The notes: generated from the sequence alone by a model not told the origin. Shown: positions 1 through 11,000, counted from the first letter of the stretch. The stretch is 64,000 nt of DNA from an uncultured delta proteobacterium (GCA_963792965.1 CAWBYW010000016.1:128001-192000); one strand, 5' to 3'. Program-made: numbers and translations.

Positions 1-1549
1 CCCCGAGCTCCGCACAGAGGCCCAGGAGCTTATTAAGGGCTCCCGCACGCTCCTCTGTTCCGAAGGAAAGGAGCGCTGCTTCCGGCACATCCGTCCTGAT
101 GTCCTCCGAGGTTCGGACGCAAGAGGCCAGCGCGTCGAAGGCCTTCTCTTTTTGACCGAGGGCGATCCTCACTTCGGCCTCGGCTAAAAGCGCCGCGGCG
201 CGCGTGAGCGGGACATCCTCGGAAAACGCGAGCGTATGGGCCGAAAGGGCGGCCGCCTCGGCCCCCTTGAGATCGCCCATGGCGATGAGAACCCGCGCCG
301 TCTCGCAGTAGACCGCCGTCTCGCCGAGGGTCCAGCCGAGATCCTTTGCCACCATAAGGGCGTCCTTCAGGAACAGCGAGGCCGCCTTTGAATCGCCGGC
401 CTTGCGGTAGGCCGTCGAGAGCCCTATGAGGGCGGTTTCTCTGACCACTTCGTCCTCGATTCTTTCCCCGAGGGTCTCGGCGACCTTGTAGGCCGCTATG
501 GCACCGGGGAAGTCCCCCTCGCCGGCGAGGATCCGGCCGAGCGTCAGATAAGCACGGCCCAGCCGCCCGGCATCGGCCAGTCTCTCAAAGATCGTGATCG
601 CCTCTCTGATCTTCGCCTCTCCCTGTTTGTTCTCTTGCTGGGCGGCGTCAATCTCGGCGCCCAGCATGAGGACATCGCCGACGTCAGGCGCCGGCCCCGA
701 TGCCCCCACCTCTTTGAGAGTCTCATCGGCCTGGCGCTTTGCGGCCTCTCGATCACCCGTGAGGAAGAGAAGCCGCGCCTGCGCAAGCCCGGCTTCGGCG
801 ACGTACTCGGGCCTGCCGAGGGTGCGTGATAGCTCTTGGGCCGCGGCCAGGTCGTCCCGCGCGCCTGCCGCGTCGCCAAGGGATATCCGTGCCCTCGCCA
901 GCCCCATCAGGCACTGATAGATCCCTTCATCGTTTTCCGCCGTCCGAAAGATATTCTCCGCGGAGAGGTACGACTCGATGCCCCGAACGCGATCCAGGAG
1001 GATGTCGGAGGCGACCTCCGCCTGGATGAAGATCGCCTGGGCCTTGGAGACGAGGATCTCCTTTTCCGGGGCGGAGAGCTTGGCCGGCGTGAGGGGTTTT
1101 GTCTTGAGGTCGGCGATATTATTGAGGTAGGCCGAAAGGGTGGCGGCATCTATCGTGACCCTGGCCGTCACCAATACCATATCGGAGGTAGGGAACGGGG
1201 TGGAAGAGACGACCTCGGTTTTCTTGATATATTTCTTGTAGTCGGGGATGACCAGGGCGTCCAGCGCGTCCTGGAGGCGGAAGAATTCATCTTCGCCGAG
1301 GGTCTGGAAGATAGACGTGACAAGCGCCCTTTTTTCGGCGTCATCGACGGCGGTCGGAAGCGGCGGCTCCGCATCCGAAGGTGTCTTCTGAGCGGGCGCG
1401 CCCAGGCCGAGGGAAAAAATGGTGACCCCGTCTTCGCCTCCGTTGCCGGCGCCGAAGAGCGGATGCGCGCCGAATGAGACGAATAGAAGGATAAGGAGCA
1501 CGACTATGCGGTACGTAGTATGGATAATAGCCCGAGAAAAAAAGGTCAT
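1..1549 (-). CDS. Secreted/membrane-anchored TPR-like helical repeat protein (partial, runs off left edge)
   Basis: Manually translated open frame from ATG 1549 (MTFFSRAIIHTTYRIVVLLILLFVSFGAHPLFGAG...) with TPR-like segments (LGRAYLTLGRILAGEGDFPGAIAAYKVA). Not in the ORF track because no stop occurs inside the window. Confidence 0.75.
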   Translation of the reverse strand, partial: MTFFSRAIIHTTYRIVVLLILLFVSFGAHPLFGAGNGGEDGVTIFSLGLGAPAQKTPSDAEPPLPTAVDDAEKRALVTSIFQTLGEDEFFRLQDALDALVIPDYKKYIKKTEVVSSTPFPTSDMVLVTARVTIDAATLSAYLNNIADLKTKPLTPAKLSAPEKEILVSKAQAIFIQAEVASDILLDRVRGIESYLSAENIFRTAENDEGIYQCLMGLARARISLGDAAGARDDLAAAQELSRTLGRPEYVAEAGLAQARLLFLTGDREAAKRQADETLKEVGASGPAPDVGDVLMLGAEIDAAQQENKQGEAKIREAITIFERLADAGRLGRAYLTLGRILAGEGDFPGAIAAYKVAETLGERIEDEVVRETALIGLSTAYRKAGDSKAASLFLKDALMVAKDLGWTLGETAVYCETARVLIAMGDLKGAEAAALSAHTLAFSEDVPLTRAAALLAEAEVRIALGQKEKAFDALASCVRTSEDIRTDVPEAALLSFGTEERAGALNKLLGLCAELG

Positions 1550-1629
1550 CGGATAGATCCTCGCCCCGGCCCGATACGGCCTCAGTTCATCGTCGAACAT
1601 CACCGATAGATGATCTCGTGTTCCCCGTG

Positions 1630-2199
1630 CTATAACCCGAGCTCCCCCGCAATCGTCCCCATCGCCTCGATGCTGAGGGTGACGAACTCCTCAAGCGGTA
1701 TCCCGATCTCCTCACAGAGCCTGATCCCCTCGCGGCTGACGGACCTGGCGAAACCCTTCTCTTTCATCCGCTTGACGACGGAGGAGGGTTTCACCTGGGC
1801 GATCTTCTTGTCCGGCTGCACGAGGGCCGTGGCCACAATCAGCCCGGTGATATTTTCCGCGGCGGTGAGGGCGAAATGGAACGTGTCGGTGCGGGAAATC
1901 CCAAGGGCCTCGGCGTTGTGGCTCTTGATCGCCTCGATGATCTCGGGGCTTACCCCCTTTTCGACGAGGATCTTTTCAGTCTCGAGTCCGTGGCGCTCGG
2001 GGGTATCCTTGGTCGTCGCGTAGTCAAGGTCGTGAAGCAGGCCCGCGACTCCCCATACCTCGGGGTCTTTTCCGAACCGCGCCGCAAGCCGCCTCATGAT
2101 CGCCTCGGTGGCCAGGCTGTGCTTGATCAGGGCCTGATCCGTGACTTTTTCTTTCACGAGCGCCCACGCCTCGTCTCTTGTTACCGTGCGGCCGCTCAT
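1630..2199 (-). CDS. HDIG-domain metal-dependent phosphohydrolase
   Basis: HSLATE...GLLHDLDY...HG...IKSHN HD-superfamily motifs. Confidence 0.85.
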   Translation of the reverse strand: MSGRTVTRDEAWALVKEKVTDQALIKHSLATEAIMRRLAARFGKDPEVWGVAGLLHDLDYATTKDTPERHGLETEKILVEKGVSPEIIEAIKSHNAEALGISRTDTFHFALTAAENITGLIVATALVQPDKKIAQVKPSSVVKRMKEKGFARSVSREGIRLCEEIGIPLEEFVTLSIEAMGTIAGELGL

Positions 2200-2657
2200 C
2201 GATATCGATTCTCCTTTTCCGTTCTTTTTTGTTTGTCTTCCAGCATCTTTGCCGTACAGTAGGTGTCGGCCAGCTCACAGGCCTTCGTAATGTCGGCATC
2301 GGCCTTATCGGCAAGCCCCATCATGTTGTAGCAGCCGCCCCGCTGGTAGAGGGCCTCGGCGTCGTTCGGGTAAAAGCCCAATACCATGGAGAAATCATCC
2401 GAGGCCTCTTTCCATTTGAAAAGCTTTTTATAAGAGAGCCCCCGGTTGAAATAGACGGTCGACAGATCGATCCCCTCTGTCGTTGTGCCGGAAGATGCCG
2501 CCTCGATTACGCTCGTCCACAGCTCGATCGCAGTCCCATAGTCGCCCCTTCTGAAGTGCCGCTGGGCATCGTCATTGACATCTTTAACGCTGGCGGCCGC
2601 GGCTATCGAGGCCGCCAGCGAGAGGATCAGAAGAGAAACACATACGCGCTTTTTCAT
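2196..2657 (-). CDS. Exported TPR protein
   Basis: Signal peptide MKKRVCVSLLILSLAASIAAA; TPR motifs YFNRGLSY and ALYQRGGCY; C-terminal KACEL...C. Confidence 0.8.
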   Translation of the reverse strand: MKKRVCVSLLILSLAASIAAAASVKDVNDDAQRHFRRGDYGTAIELWTSVIEAASSGTTTEGIDLSTVYFNRGLSYKKLFKWKEASDDFSMVLGFYPNDAEALYQRGGCYNMMGLADKADADITKACELADTYCTAKMLEDKQKRTEKENRYR

Positions 2658-2709
2658 GCTCTGCACCCGCATCGGTAAGATCGGCCTTCTCCCCGGCAAT
2701 ATCTGGTAG

Positions 2710-2883
2710 TTATCCACAATAATATACACAACATGTGGATAGAATAGCGAAAAACAGGGGAAAATTGTTACTTATCATGATGATACGCTGAAATTGTTTT
2801 ATGATACTGTATTGTGAGAGTATAGTCAAGCTTTTCCCTTGACGATGACTCCTGCTTATGATATTTAATTATATTTATACACA
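2710..2883. promoter_or_regulatory. Cluster of DnaA-box-like 9-mers in an AT-rich divergent intergenic region
   Basis: TTATCCACA 2710-2718, ATATACACA 2722-2730, TGTGGATAG 2734-2742, TTATACACA 2875-2883 versus consensus TTWTNCACA. Confidence 0.55.
2839..2867 (+). promoter_or_regulatory. sigma70-like promoter upstream of the response regulator
   Basis: TTGACG-N17-TATTTA with TG immediately upstream of the -10. Confidence 0.45.
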
Positions 2884-2950
2884 CGGCACTGTTCGGTCTG
2901 ACACACGGCGTGCGGTATCTTTTCGGGCCGACGGCTCGATGGGGTCAACG

Positions 2951-3382
2951 ATGAAACAGCTCCTGCTGGTGGATGACCGCAACAAATATTCGAAGATCAT
3001 CACGAGCTTCTTCACGAAGCGCGGCTACCTGGTCGACCGCGCCGTCTCCGCCAGAGAGGGGATCAGACTCCTGGGCGAAAGAGGGCTGGATTACTATTGT
3101 GTCGTGGTCACGGACATCACCATGGAGCATCAGCTGGCCGGCCTGACGGTGATCCTGTATCTACACCGAAAGAGGTTTTCGGGGACGGTTGTCATGGCGA
3201 GCACCGGCTTCGACGTATTTTTCGGGATGTTCTTCTCCAAGCTCTTCATGGGAATTTTCGGCGTGCACTATCTCGTTCCCAAGACCACGGTGTTGAAGCA
3301 CGATTTTGATTTTTACCCGGCCCGGCTCGGCTCGCAACCGCAAAAAGAGTTCACCGAGGTTACCGCCGCACTCGGGGCTTGA
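2951..3382 (+). CDS. Single-domain response regulator (receiver)
   Basis: LLLVDD...VVVTDITME...MAST...PK receiver motifs. Confidence 0.75.
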   Translation: MKQLLLVDDRNKYSKIITSFFTKRGYLVDRAVSAREGIRLLGERGLDYYCVVVTDITMEHQLAGLTVILYLHRKRFSGTVVMASTGFDVFFGMFFSKLFMGIFGVHYLVPKTTVLKHDFDFYPARLGSQPQKEFTEVTAALGA

Positions 3383-3499
3383 CCGTAGGATCGTAGCTGC
3401 GATTGAGCCCTCAGAATCATCACCACAGCAAACCTCCTCGTAAGGGGCGGTGAGTGTCGACAAAATAAAGTACATAATCTATTAAGAAAGGAGCATCCT

Positions 3500-4513
3500 A
3501 TGAAACGGTTTGTACTTCTTACGTTAGTGGCGGCCCTGATCGTCCCCCTGGCCTTCGGGATCACCGGCTGCGCGAAGGAAAAGAAACATTACCTCATCGG
3601 CATCTCCCAGTTCGTCGAGCACCCGGCGCTTGATGCCGTTCGCAACGGATTCATCGACTACCTCAAGGAGAACGGCTACGTGGAAGGGGAGAACGTGACG
3701 TATGATATTAATCTGGCCCAGGCCGATTTCGGAACGGCGGCGCAGATCGCGGAGAAGCTTGTCGGGATGAAGCCGGATCTGGTTCTTACCATCGCCACTC
3801 CCTCCTCCCAGGCCATGGTCAAGGCGACCGCGGAAATCCCCATCGTCTTTTCCGCCGTGACCGACCCGGTCGGAGCGGGGTTGGTGAGCTCGCTTTCCGG
3901 CGGCGGGAAGAACGTGACCGGGACCTCGGACCTCTCCCCCGTAGACAAGCAGCTTGAGCTCATCAAGAAGATCGTACCGAACATCAAGAAGCTCGGCTTT
4001 ATCTACAACGCCGGCGAGTCCAACTCCCTGACTTCTCTCAAGCAGGCCAAGGAAGCGGCCGCCAAGCTCAACATTGAGATCGTCGAGGCCACCGTCACCA
4101 ACTCAAGCGAGGTCTTGATGGCGGCTCAATCCCTGGTGGGCAAGGTGGACGCCATTCACGTCCCCACGGACAACACCGTCGTTTCCGCCTTTGAGGCGAT
4201 CACCAAGGTCTGCATCGACAATAAGATCCCCCTCTTCGCGGCGGACGTCGATTCGGTCCCGCGGGGCGCCGTCGCGGCCCTCGCGATTGACTACTATCGC
4301 CTCGGCCAGCAGACAGGCAGGATGGCCATCGAAATCCTCAAGGGAAAGAAACCGGGCGACATGCCGGTCGAAACCCTCGAAGATCTGCTGCTTTATGTCA
4401 ACCTCGATTCCGCCAAGAAGATGGGCGTGACGATCCCGGCCGACGTGCTTGATAAGGCCGACAAGAAGATCGAAGAAATCTCGGCGCCGACGCCCGCGGA
4501 AGAAAAGAAGTAG
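3500..4513 (+). CDS. ABC transporter substrate-binding lipoprotein (ABC_sub_bind, putative aromatic amino acid type)
   Basis: Lipobox ITGC; QFVEHPALD, IATPSSQA, VFSAVTDPV, NVTGTSD, PTDNTV motifs. Confidence 0.9.
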   Translation: MKRFVLLTLVAALIVPLAFGITGCAKEKKHYLIGISQFVEHPALDAVRNGFIDYLKENGYVEGENVTYDINLAQADFGTAAQIAEKLVGMKPDLVLTIATPSSQAMVKATAEIPIVFSAVTDPVGAGLVSSLSGGGKNVTGTSDLSPVDKQLELIKKIVPNIKKLGFIYNAGESNSLTSLKQAKEAAAKLNIEIVEATVTNSSEVLMAAQSLVGKVDAIHVPTDNTVVSAFEAITKVCIDNKIPLFAADVDSVPRGAVAALAIDYYRLGQQTGRMAIEILKGKKPGDMPVETLEDLLLYVNLDSAKKMGVTIPADVLDKADKKIEEISAPTPAEEKK

Positions 4514-4613
4514 GCGCACGTGCGCAGACGGATACCGCCGGAAGTCGCCGTCGGCGCTCCGACCGGTCGATACCGGTGCCGAGTCGGGAGTTTTCGAACA
4601 TCGAAGGTAAAAC

Positions 4614-4655
4614 GAGACGGGGTGGGATATCGATTCTCACCCCGTCTCTTTTTTT
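4614..4655 (+). terminator. Intrinsic terminator after the substrate-binding gene
   Basis: GAGACGGGGTG...CACCCCGTCTC stem followed by T7. Confidence 0.8.
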
Positions 4656-4683
4656 GTCACGACGGCGGCGCCGGGCTTTTCCC

Positions 4684-4712
4684 TTGACCATATAAAGTTA
4701 TTGTGATATTTA
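4684..4712 (+). promoter_or_regulatory. sigma70-like promoter for the permease/ATPase genes
   Basis: TTGACC-N17-TATTTA with TG extension; same layout as the 2839 promoter. Confidence 0.45.
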
Positions 4713-4767
4713 ACTACTTTTAATAATTGATTTTCGAGCCCGGCCTTTCAAGTACCGTGACCTGGAG

Positions 4768-5712
4768 GTGGCGCACGTGTCGTTGTATGCCCTCATGGGT
4801 GCGATCTCACAGGGCCTCGTCTATTCCCTGATGGCGCTCGGGGTTTACCTTACGTTTCGGGTCTTGGATTTCCCCGACCTCACGGTGGACGGCAGCTTCC
4901 CGCTCGGGGCTTCGGTGAGCGCCGTGTTGATCACACACGGGGTAAACCCGTTCCTGACGCTCCCCGCGGCCATAGCCGCCGGGATGCTGGCCGGCCTCGC
5001 CACGGGCTTTCTCTCCACGAAGCTGCACATCCTTAATCTCCTGGCCTCGATCCTAACGATGATCGCACTCTATTCCATCAACTTGAGGATCATGGGCAAG
5101 CCAAACATCTCCCTCCTCAACAGGAAGACCGTCTTTGACTACTTTTCGGCCCTCAGGGATTTCATGGTGGGTCTCGGCATCCCCGAGTCGGTGATGGTCC
5201 CCCTTCTCTTCCTTGCGATCATCATCCTCGTCAAGATCGCCCTTGATTTCTTCCTCCACACGGAGCTCGGATTGGCGCTGCGCGCCACCGGCGACAACCC
5301 CCATATGATCCGGGCGCAGGGCGTCAATACGAACTTCACCATCATGCTGGGCGTTGCGATCTCAAACGGCCTTGTCGCGTTGTCCGGGGCGCTCTTTTCC
5401 CAGAACCAGGGGAGCGCGGACGTCAACATGGGGGTAGGGACGATCGTGGCGGGGCTCGCTTCGGTGATCGTCGGGGAGGCCGTCATAGGAGAGATGACCG
5501 TATTTCGGGCGACGATCGGCGTTATCATCGGGTCGGTCATCTACCGACTCGCCATCGCCGTGGCCCTGCAGATCAAGATCGGAAGCCTCCAGATCACCCC
5601 GAGCGACCTGAAGCTCATCACGGCGATTCTCGTGATCATCGCACTGACCCTTCCCACGTTCAGGAATAAGATCAAGATCGGCATCTTCCGAAGGGGAGGG
5701 ACCCAACAATGA
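4768..5712 (+). CDS. ABC transporter permease (BPD_transp_2)
   Basis: FPDLTVDGSF, LRATGDN, GLASVIVGE; multiple transmembrane segments. Confidence 0.9.
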   Translation: MAHVSLYALMGAISQGLVYSLMALGVYLTFRVLDFPDLTVDGSFPLGASVSAVLITHGVNPFLTLPAAIAAGMLAGLATGFLSTKLHILNLLASILTMIALYSINLRIMGKPNISLLNRKTVFDYFSALRDFMVGLGIPESVMVPLLFLAIIILVKIALDFFLHTELGLALRATGDNPHMIRAQGVNTNFTIMLGVAISNGLVALSGALFSQNQGSADVNMGVGTIVAGLASVIVGEAVIGEMTVFRATIGVIIGSVIYRLAIAVALQIKIGSLQITPSDLKLITAILVIIALTLPTFRNKIKIGIFRRGGTQQ

Positions 5713-6515
5713 TCAGGGTACGCGATCTCACCAAGATCTTCAATCCGGGCAGCGTCAATGAGAACCTTGCCCTGGACGACGTAACCCTCGATATCAAGAA
5801 GGGCGACTTCATCACCGTCATCGGCTCCAACGGCGCCGGGAAATCGACGCTGCTCAACCTCATCGCGGGCGTCTATCCTCCGGAGCGGGGCCGAATCGTC
5901 ATCGACGGCGTTGACGTCACTTCCTTGAGGGAGTACGAGCGGGCCAAGTTTATCGGCCGCGTATTCCAGGATCCGATGATGGGGACTTCCGCCGCAATGA
6001 CCATCGAGGAGAACTTCTCCATCGCCCTGGCGCGTGGCAGGAGGCGGACCCTTCGGTTCGGCGTGAATCACCGGACGAGAGACCTCTTCAAGAGCCGCCT
6101 GGCCCTGTTGGGGCTGGGGCTTGAGAACCGCCTCAAGGATAAGGTGGGCCTCCTTTCCGGAGGGCAGCGCCAGTCGCTCACCCTCCTCATGGCGACCCTC
6201 AACTCCCCGAAGGTGCTCCTCCTTGACGAGCATACGGCGGCGCTTGACCCCAAGACGGCGAAGCTCGTCATGGACATCACCACAAAGATCATCGAAAAGT
6301 ACGAGCTGACAACCATCATGATCACCCACAACATGCAGCAGGCCCTGGCCAACGGAAACCGGCTCATCATGATGCACCTGGGCAAGATTATCCTCGACGT
6401 ACGGGGCCCGGAGAGGGACAACCTGACGGTGGAGGACCTCCTGGAGCAGTTCGGCAAGCTCAGGGGGAGCCTGACGGACAAGACCCTCCTTTCGATCAAG
6501 TCCGAGGCGCCGTAA
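5709..6515 (+). CDS. ABC transporter ATP-binding protein
   Basis: Walker A GSNGAGKST, LSGGQRQ, LLLDEHTAALDP. Confidence 0.92.
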   Translation: MIRVRDLTKIFNPGSVNENLALDDVTLDIKKGDFITVIGSNGAGKSTLLNLIAGVYPPERGRIVIDGVDVTSLREYERAKFIGRVFQDPMMGTSAAMTIEENFSIALARGRRRTLRFGVNHRTRDLFKSRLALLGLGLENRLKDKVGLLSGGQRQSLTLLMATLNSPKVLLLDEHTAALDPKTAKLVMDITTKIIEKYELTTIMITHNMQQALANGNRLIMMHLGKIILDVRGPERDNLTVEDLLEQFGKLRGSLTDKTLLSIKSEAP

Positions 6516-6520
6516 AGACA

Positions 6521-6548
6521 CCCCAAAAATGCTTCGCATTTTTCGGGG
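6521..6548. repeat. Palindromic hairpin (REP-like or terminator)
   Basis: CCCCAAAAATGC-TTC-GCATTTTTCGGGG directly after the ATPase stop. Confidence 0.5.
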
Positions 6549-6670
6549 CCCCGTCAGAGAGGGGATAAAAGTGACAACGGTCTAAGAATAATGTGCCCAG
6601 TCATTAAACTCTCAGTACCTAGTTGGACGATCGTAGTATTAGAAAGATAGACCTTTCTTATTCCAGGTGT

Positions 6671-8041
6671 ATGTCAAAAAAAACCAAGACCCATTTCATT
6701 TGCCAGTCATGTGGATTTACCGTGCCACGCTGGGTGGGCAGGTGCCCCCAGTGCAACGAGTGGAACACCATCGTCGAGGAGGCCGTGCCGGAGAAGACAC
6801 TGGCGACGTCGAGGGCCGCCCCCCGAAGCAGTGCGGTCTTCCTCTCGGCGGTAGACAGGACCGAGGTCTCCCGCATGGTCATCGGGATCGGAGAGCTTGA
6901 CCGCGTGCTCGGCGGCGGGCTCGTGCCCGGCTCCGTGGTGCTCGTGGGAGGAGACCCCGGCGTCGGCAAGACGACGCTCTTGATGGAGGCGCTCTCCCGT
7001 CTGGCATCACACGGGGTCAAGACCCTCTATGTCTCGGGAGAAGAATCGGGGGCGCAGCTTGCCGTCCGCGCGGAGCGCCTGGGCCTTGATCCCGCCAAGA
7101 TGCTCGTCCTTTTCACAACCGCGCTTTCCGACATCATGGATGCCATGGAGCGGCTCTCCCCGCGGGTCGTGGTCGTCGACTCGATCCAGACCACGGCCGA
7201 CGACGAGGTCGAGTCGGCTCCAGGGGGCATCGGGCAGATCCGTGAGGTCGCCCAGAAGCTGACGCAGGCGGCCAAGGAAAAAGGGACCGCGATTTTTCTC
7301 GTGGGACACATCACCAAAGAGGGCGCCATCGCCGGGCCCAAGGTGTTGGAGCATCTTGTCGATACCGTCCTCTATTTCGAGGGGGGGACCCATTACCCCT
7401 ATCGAATCCTCAAGGCCCACAAGAACCGTTTCGGTCCCACCCACGAGGTGGGGATTTTTGAGATGCGAGAGCGGGGGCTTGTGGAGGTGACAAACCCCTC
7501 GGAGCTCTTCCTCACCCGGCGCGACGAGCCGGTCTCCGGCGGCAGCGTTACCGCGGCGATCGAGGGAACCAGGACCATCATGGTCGAGGTGCAGGCCCTG
7601 ACCACCCCGAGCGCGCTGGCCGTGCCGCGCCGGACGTCTCTCGGCATCGACTATAACCGGACCAACATCATCGCCGCGGTGCTCGAGAAAAAGGGGGGCG
7701 TCAACCTGTCGGGGCACGATATCTTCGTCAACGTCGCCGGCGGCATCAGGCTTTCCGAGCCCTCCGTGGATGCGGCGCTGGCCGCAAGCCTCATATCGAG
7801 CTTTTCAGACATACCGGTCGCCTCCGACACCGTCTTGTTCGGGGAGATCGGGCTCTCGGGAGAGATCATGGGCGTCTCTCAGGGAGCGCAAAGGATCGCG
7901 GAGGCCAAACGGCTCGGCTTTTCGAGGGCCATCGTGCCGGCCAAGAACGCGGAGGAAAAGGGGATGCCCTCCCAGATCGAGGCCGTCGGCGTGAGAACGG
8001 TCCGGGAATTGATCGACATCCTCTTTAAGGGCAAGAAGTAA
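6671..8041 (+). CDS. radA: DNA repair protein RadA/Sms
   Basis: Zn finger CQSC...CPQC, GDPGVGKTT, KNRFG motif, Lon-like C-terminus. Confidence 0.95.
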   Translation: MSKKTKTHFICQSCGFTVPRWVGRCPQCNEWNTIVEEAVPEKTLATSRAAPRSSAVFLSAVDRTEVSRMVIGIGELDRVLGGGLVPGSVVLVGGDPGVGKTTLLMEALSRLASHGVKTLYVSGEESGAQLAVRAERLGLDPAKMLVLFTTALSDIMDAMERLSPRVVVVDSIQTTADDEVESAPGGIGQIREVAQKLTQAAKEKGTAIFLVGHITKEGAIAGPKVLEHLVDTVLYFEGGTHYPYRILKAHKNRFGPTHEVGIFEMRERGLVEVTNPSELFLTRRDEPVSGGSVTAAIEGTRTIMVEVQALTTPSALAVPRRTSLGIDYNRTNIIAAVLEKKGGVNLSGHDIFVNVAGGIRLSEPSVDAALAASLISSFSDIPVASDTVLFGEIGLSGEIMGVSQGAQRIAEAKRLGFSRAIVPAKNAEEKGMPSQIEAVGVRTVRELIDILFKGKK

Positions 8042-8093
8042 GGCGTCGTTGGGTAGGGCGATGCCCCGGCGGTTTCGGAGCCTCATCAAAGGC

Positions 8094-11000
8094 TTACTTG
8101 GCGATGAGCTCGTCCAGCCGCTCGATGAGTAATTCGACGCTGAAACGGCTTTTCGACGAACGGGCTTCCCGTAATCTTCAGGAAGGCCTGGGTGTCTTTT
8201 CCGAGGACGTCACCGGTGATAAAGAGAACCCTGTTGGAAAGGCCGGGGTGATATTTCTGAATAAAGGTATAGAGCTCTTTTCCGCCGATACCGGGCATCT
8301 TCATGTCCGAGATCACCACGTCATATCGCTTGCCGTTGATAGCCTCGATGGCCTCCTCGCCGCCCGTGCATAGATCCACCCGATGCCCCTCGTCGGCCAA
8401 CGCTTCAAACAGGAGGTCCCTCACGGATTTCTCATCTTCGACCACAAGCACCGACTTTCCGTTTCGCGGTCCGGCCGCCTTTTTCTGCATGGGCCGCTCC
8501 GTGCGTTCTTCCTCACTCGTGACGGGGAGCTCGATGCTAAAGCGTGTCGCCTTCCTTGGGGAGCTTGTCACGTCGATTTTCCCGCCATGCTCACCTATGA
8601 TGCCGTAGACGATGGCAAGGCCCAAGCCCGTCCCCTTTCCGACCTCTTTGGTCGTGAAAAACGGATCAAAGATGTAGTTGATGATATCCTTGGGTATGCC
8701 CGGCCCGTCGTCCTCAAATTCGATCGAGATGGCGCCGTTTTTCAGTACCGAGCGGATCACGAGCGTGCCCCCGCCGGCCGTGACCAGGGCGTCGTGGGCA
8801 TTGTTGATGAGGTTGATGAAAACCTGCTGCAGCTGGTAGGGGTCGGCCGAGGTCTTGGGTATATCCTCGGAAAGATCCGTCTGAATCACGACGTTGTCCA
8901 CCCGCAGCTCATATTCCCTGAGCCGGTACGATTCCATGATCACGTCGTTGATGGATATCATTTTTCGCTCGGGCTTGTGCTCGCGCGCAAAGGCCAATAG
9001 TCCCTGGATGATCTTCGACGAGCGGAAGGACTCTTTACGGATGATTTCGAGCTTTTCCCGTATGTGGGCCGGTATCTCCTTTCGCATCATCAGATCGGCG
9101 TGGCCGATGATGGAGGTCAGGGGGTTGTTCAGCTCGTGGGCCACCCCGGACAGGATCCCCCCGAGGCTCGAGAGCTTCTCGGCCTGGGCGAGCTGTCGCT
9201 CCATTTTCTTTCTCTCGGTGATGTCCTTGAGGAAGCCCTGGTAGCCGATGATCGCGCCCGACTTGTCCTTCCTGACGACCGCCGTCATCAGGCAGTCGAG
9301 CAACTGGCCGTCTTTTCGCGTGAACGATATCTCGTGGTCCTTAACGAAACCCCTTTCCGCAAGAAGACGAATAATCCGGTCTCTTTCGTCCGACGGTGAA
9401 TAGACCTCGGTGAGGTCCAGGCTCAAGAGCTCTTCCCTCGTGTATCCGGTGAGTTGTTCCGCCGCCCGATTGATGTCGATGATCCGGGCCTCTCTATTCG
9501 TCACGACGATGATATCCCGGGAAGTCTCGAAGATACCGCGGTACCTTTCTTCAGACTCTTTGATTGCCTCTTCGGCCTCTTTTCGCTCGGTGATGTCTCT
9601 GATGGTCCCCTGGTAGCCGACGATAGCTCCTTTCCTGTCCCTCCTGGCCGCCGCGGTCATGAGGCAGTCCGCATACGTCCCGTCTTTTTTCCGCATAGTC
9701 AATTCAAAATCCTTGATAAACCGTGTCTTTCTATGGTCTCCTTGAATCGATTGCGCTCCGTGAGGATCCTTATAGAAGTAGCTGACGTTTCTGGAGAGGG
9801 TCTCCTCCCTCGTGTAGCCGAGGATCGTTTCAAACGCCGGATTGACGTCAAAGATAGCTCCTTCTGGCGAGGTAATGAAGACGATATCCTGGGACGTCTC
9901 GAAAAAGCCGCGGTATTTCTCCTCGGACTCTTTGAGGGCCTCCTCGGCCCTTTTGCGCTCCTGTTCGCTCTCAATAGACCGACAGGGCAAATGCGATATC
10001 TCCGGCTACTTCCACGAGCAGGGATGCTTCCTCATTATCGAAGACGTCGGCCTGGTCCCCATAAACCCCCAGCGCGCCGAAGACCTGTGTACCGACCACA
10101 ATGGGCAGCGCCATGCATGAGCGGTAACCCCTTTTCAGCGCCTCCTTCCGCCAGGGCAGGAAGTCCGGATCATGGGCGGTATCATTGGTTATCCACGGGC
10201 GCTTCGTTTTGATCGCCGTCCCCATCGGGCCCCTTGCCGGTTTTCGTGCTCATCCCAGGTTACGGTGATGTTCTTGAGATATCCGTCCTCAAATCCCCAG
10301 TAGGCCGCCGGGATGACTCGTTTGTGCCCCTCTTCGACCAGGCCGATCCAGACGAAGTGGTAGCCGCTCACCTCGCACAGGATCTCGCATGCTCCCTCAA
10401 GGATCGTATCTTTATCCTTTCACCTTCGCGATCAACTGGTCGATGTTCCTCAGCGACCGGAGGAGCCGGTTGAGGTGGGCGATCCGCTCCTGCGCCCGCT
10501 TCCATTCGGTGATGTCCCTCCCGAGGCCGTGCGCCTCGACGACTTTCCCGTCCTTCCAGATCAGGGTTTCCCTCATCTCCACCGTCCTGATTTCTCCGCC
10601 CTTATCAACAATGGAAAGATCGAAGGGGCCGATATCCTCGCCCTTTCGCTGTCTCTCGAAGAGCTCGGGAATCTTTTTCACTGATTCCGGGGCCAAGAGC
10701 TCAATGTAGTTTTTCCTGATCAGCTCATCCCGGGTATACCCGGAGACCCGCGCGAGGGCCCGGTTGAGATAGAGTATCTTTCCGGTTCCGTCCGTCACGT
10801 AGACGATGTCGTCGATGTTCTCCACCAGCTCCCGATAGCGCCGTTCCGACTCCCTGAGCGCATCCTCCGCCCTCTTACGCTCGGTGATGTCGCGCCCGAT
10901 CCCCTGAAATTCCACGATGCGATTTCCGCTCCAAACCAGTTTTTCCCGGGTCTCGATGGTCTTCAGCGTAACCGTCGGCATCAAAGACATCAAGGCGGAA

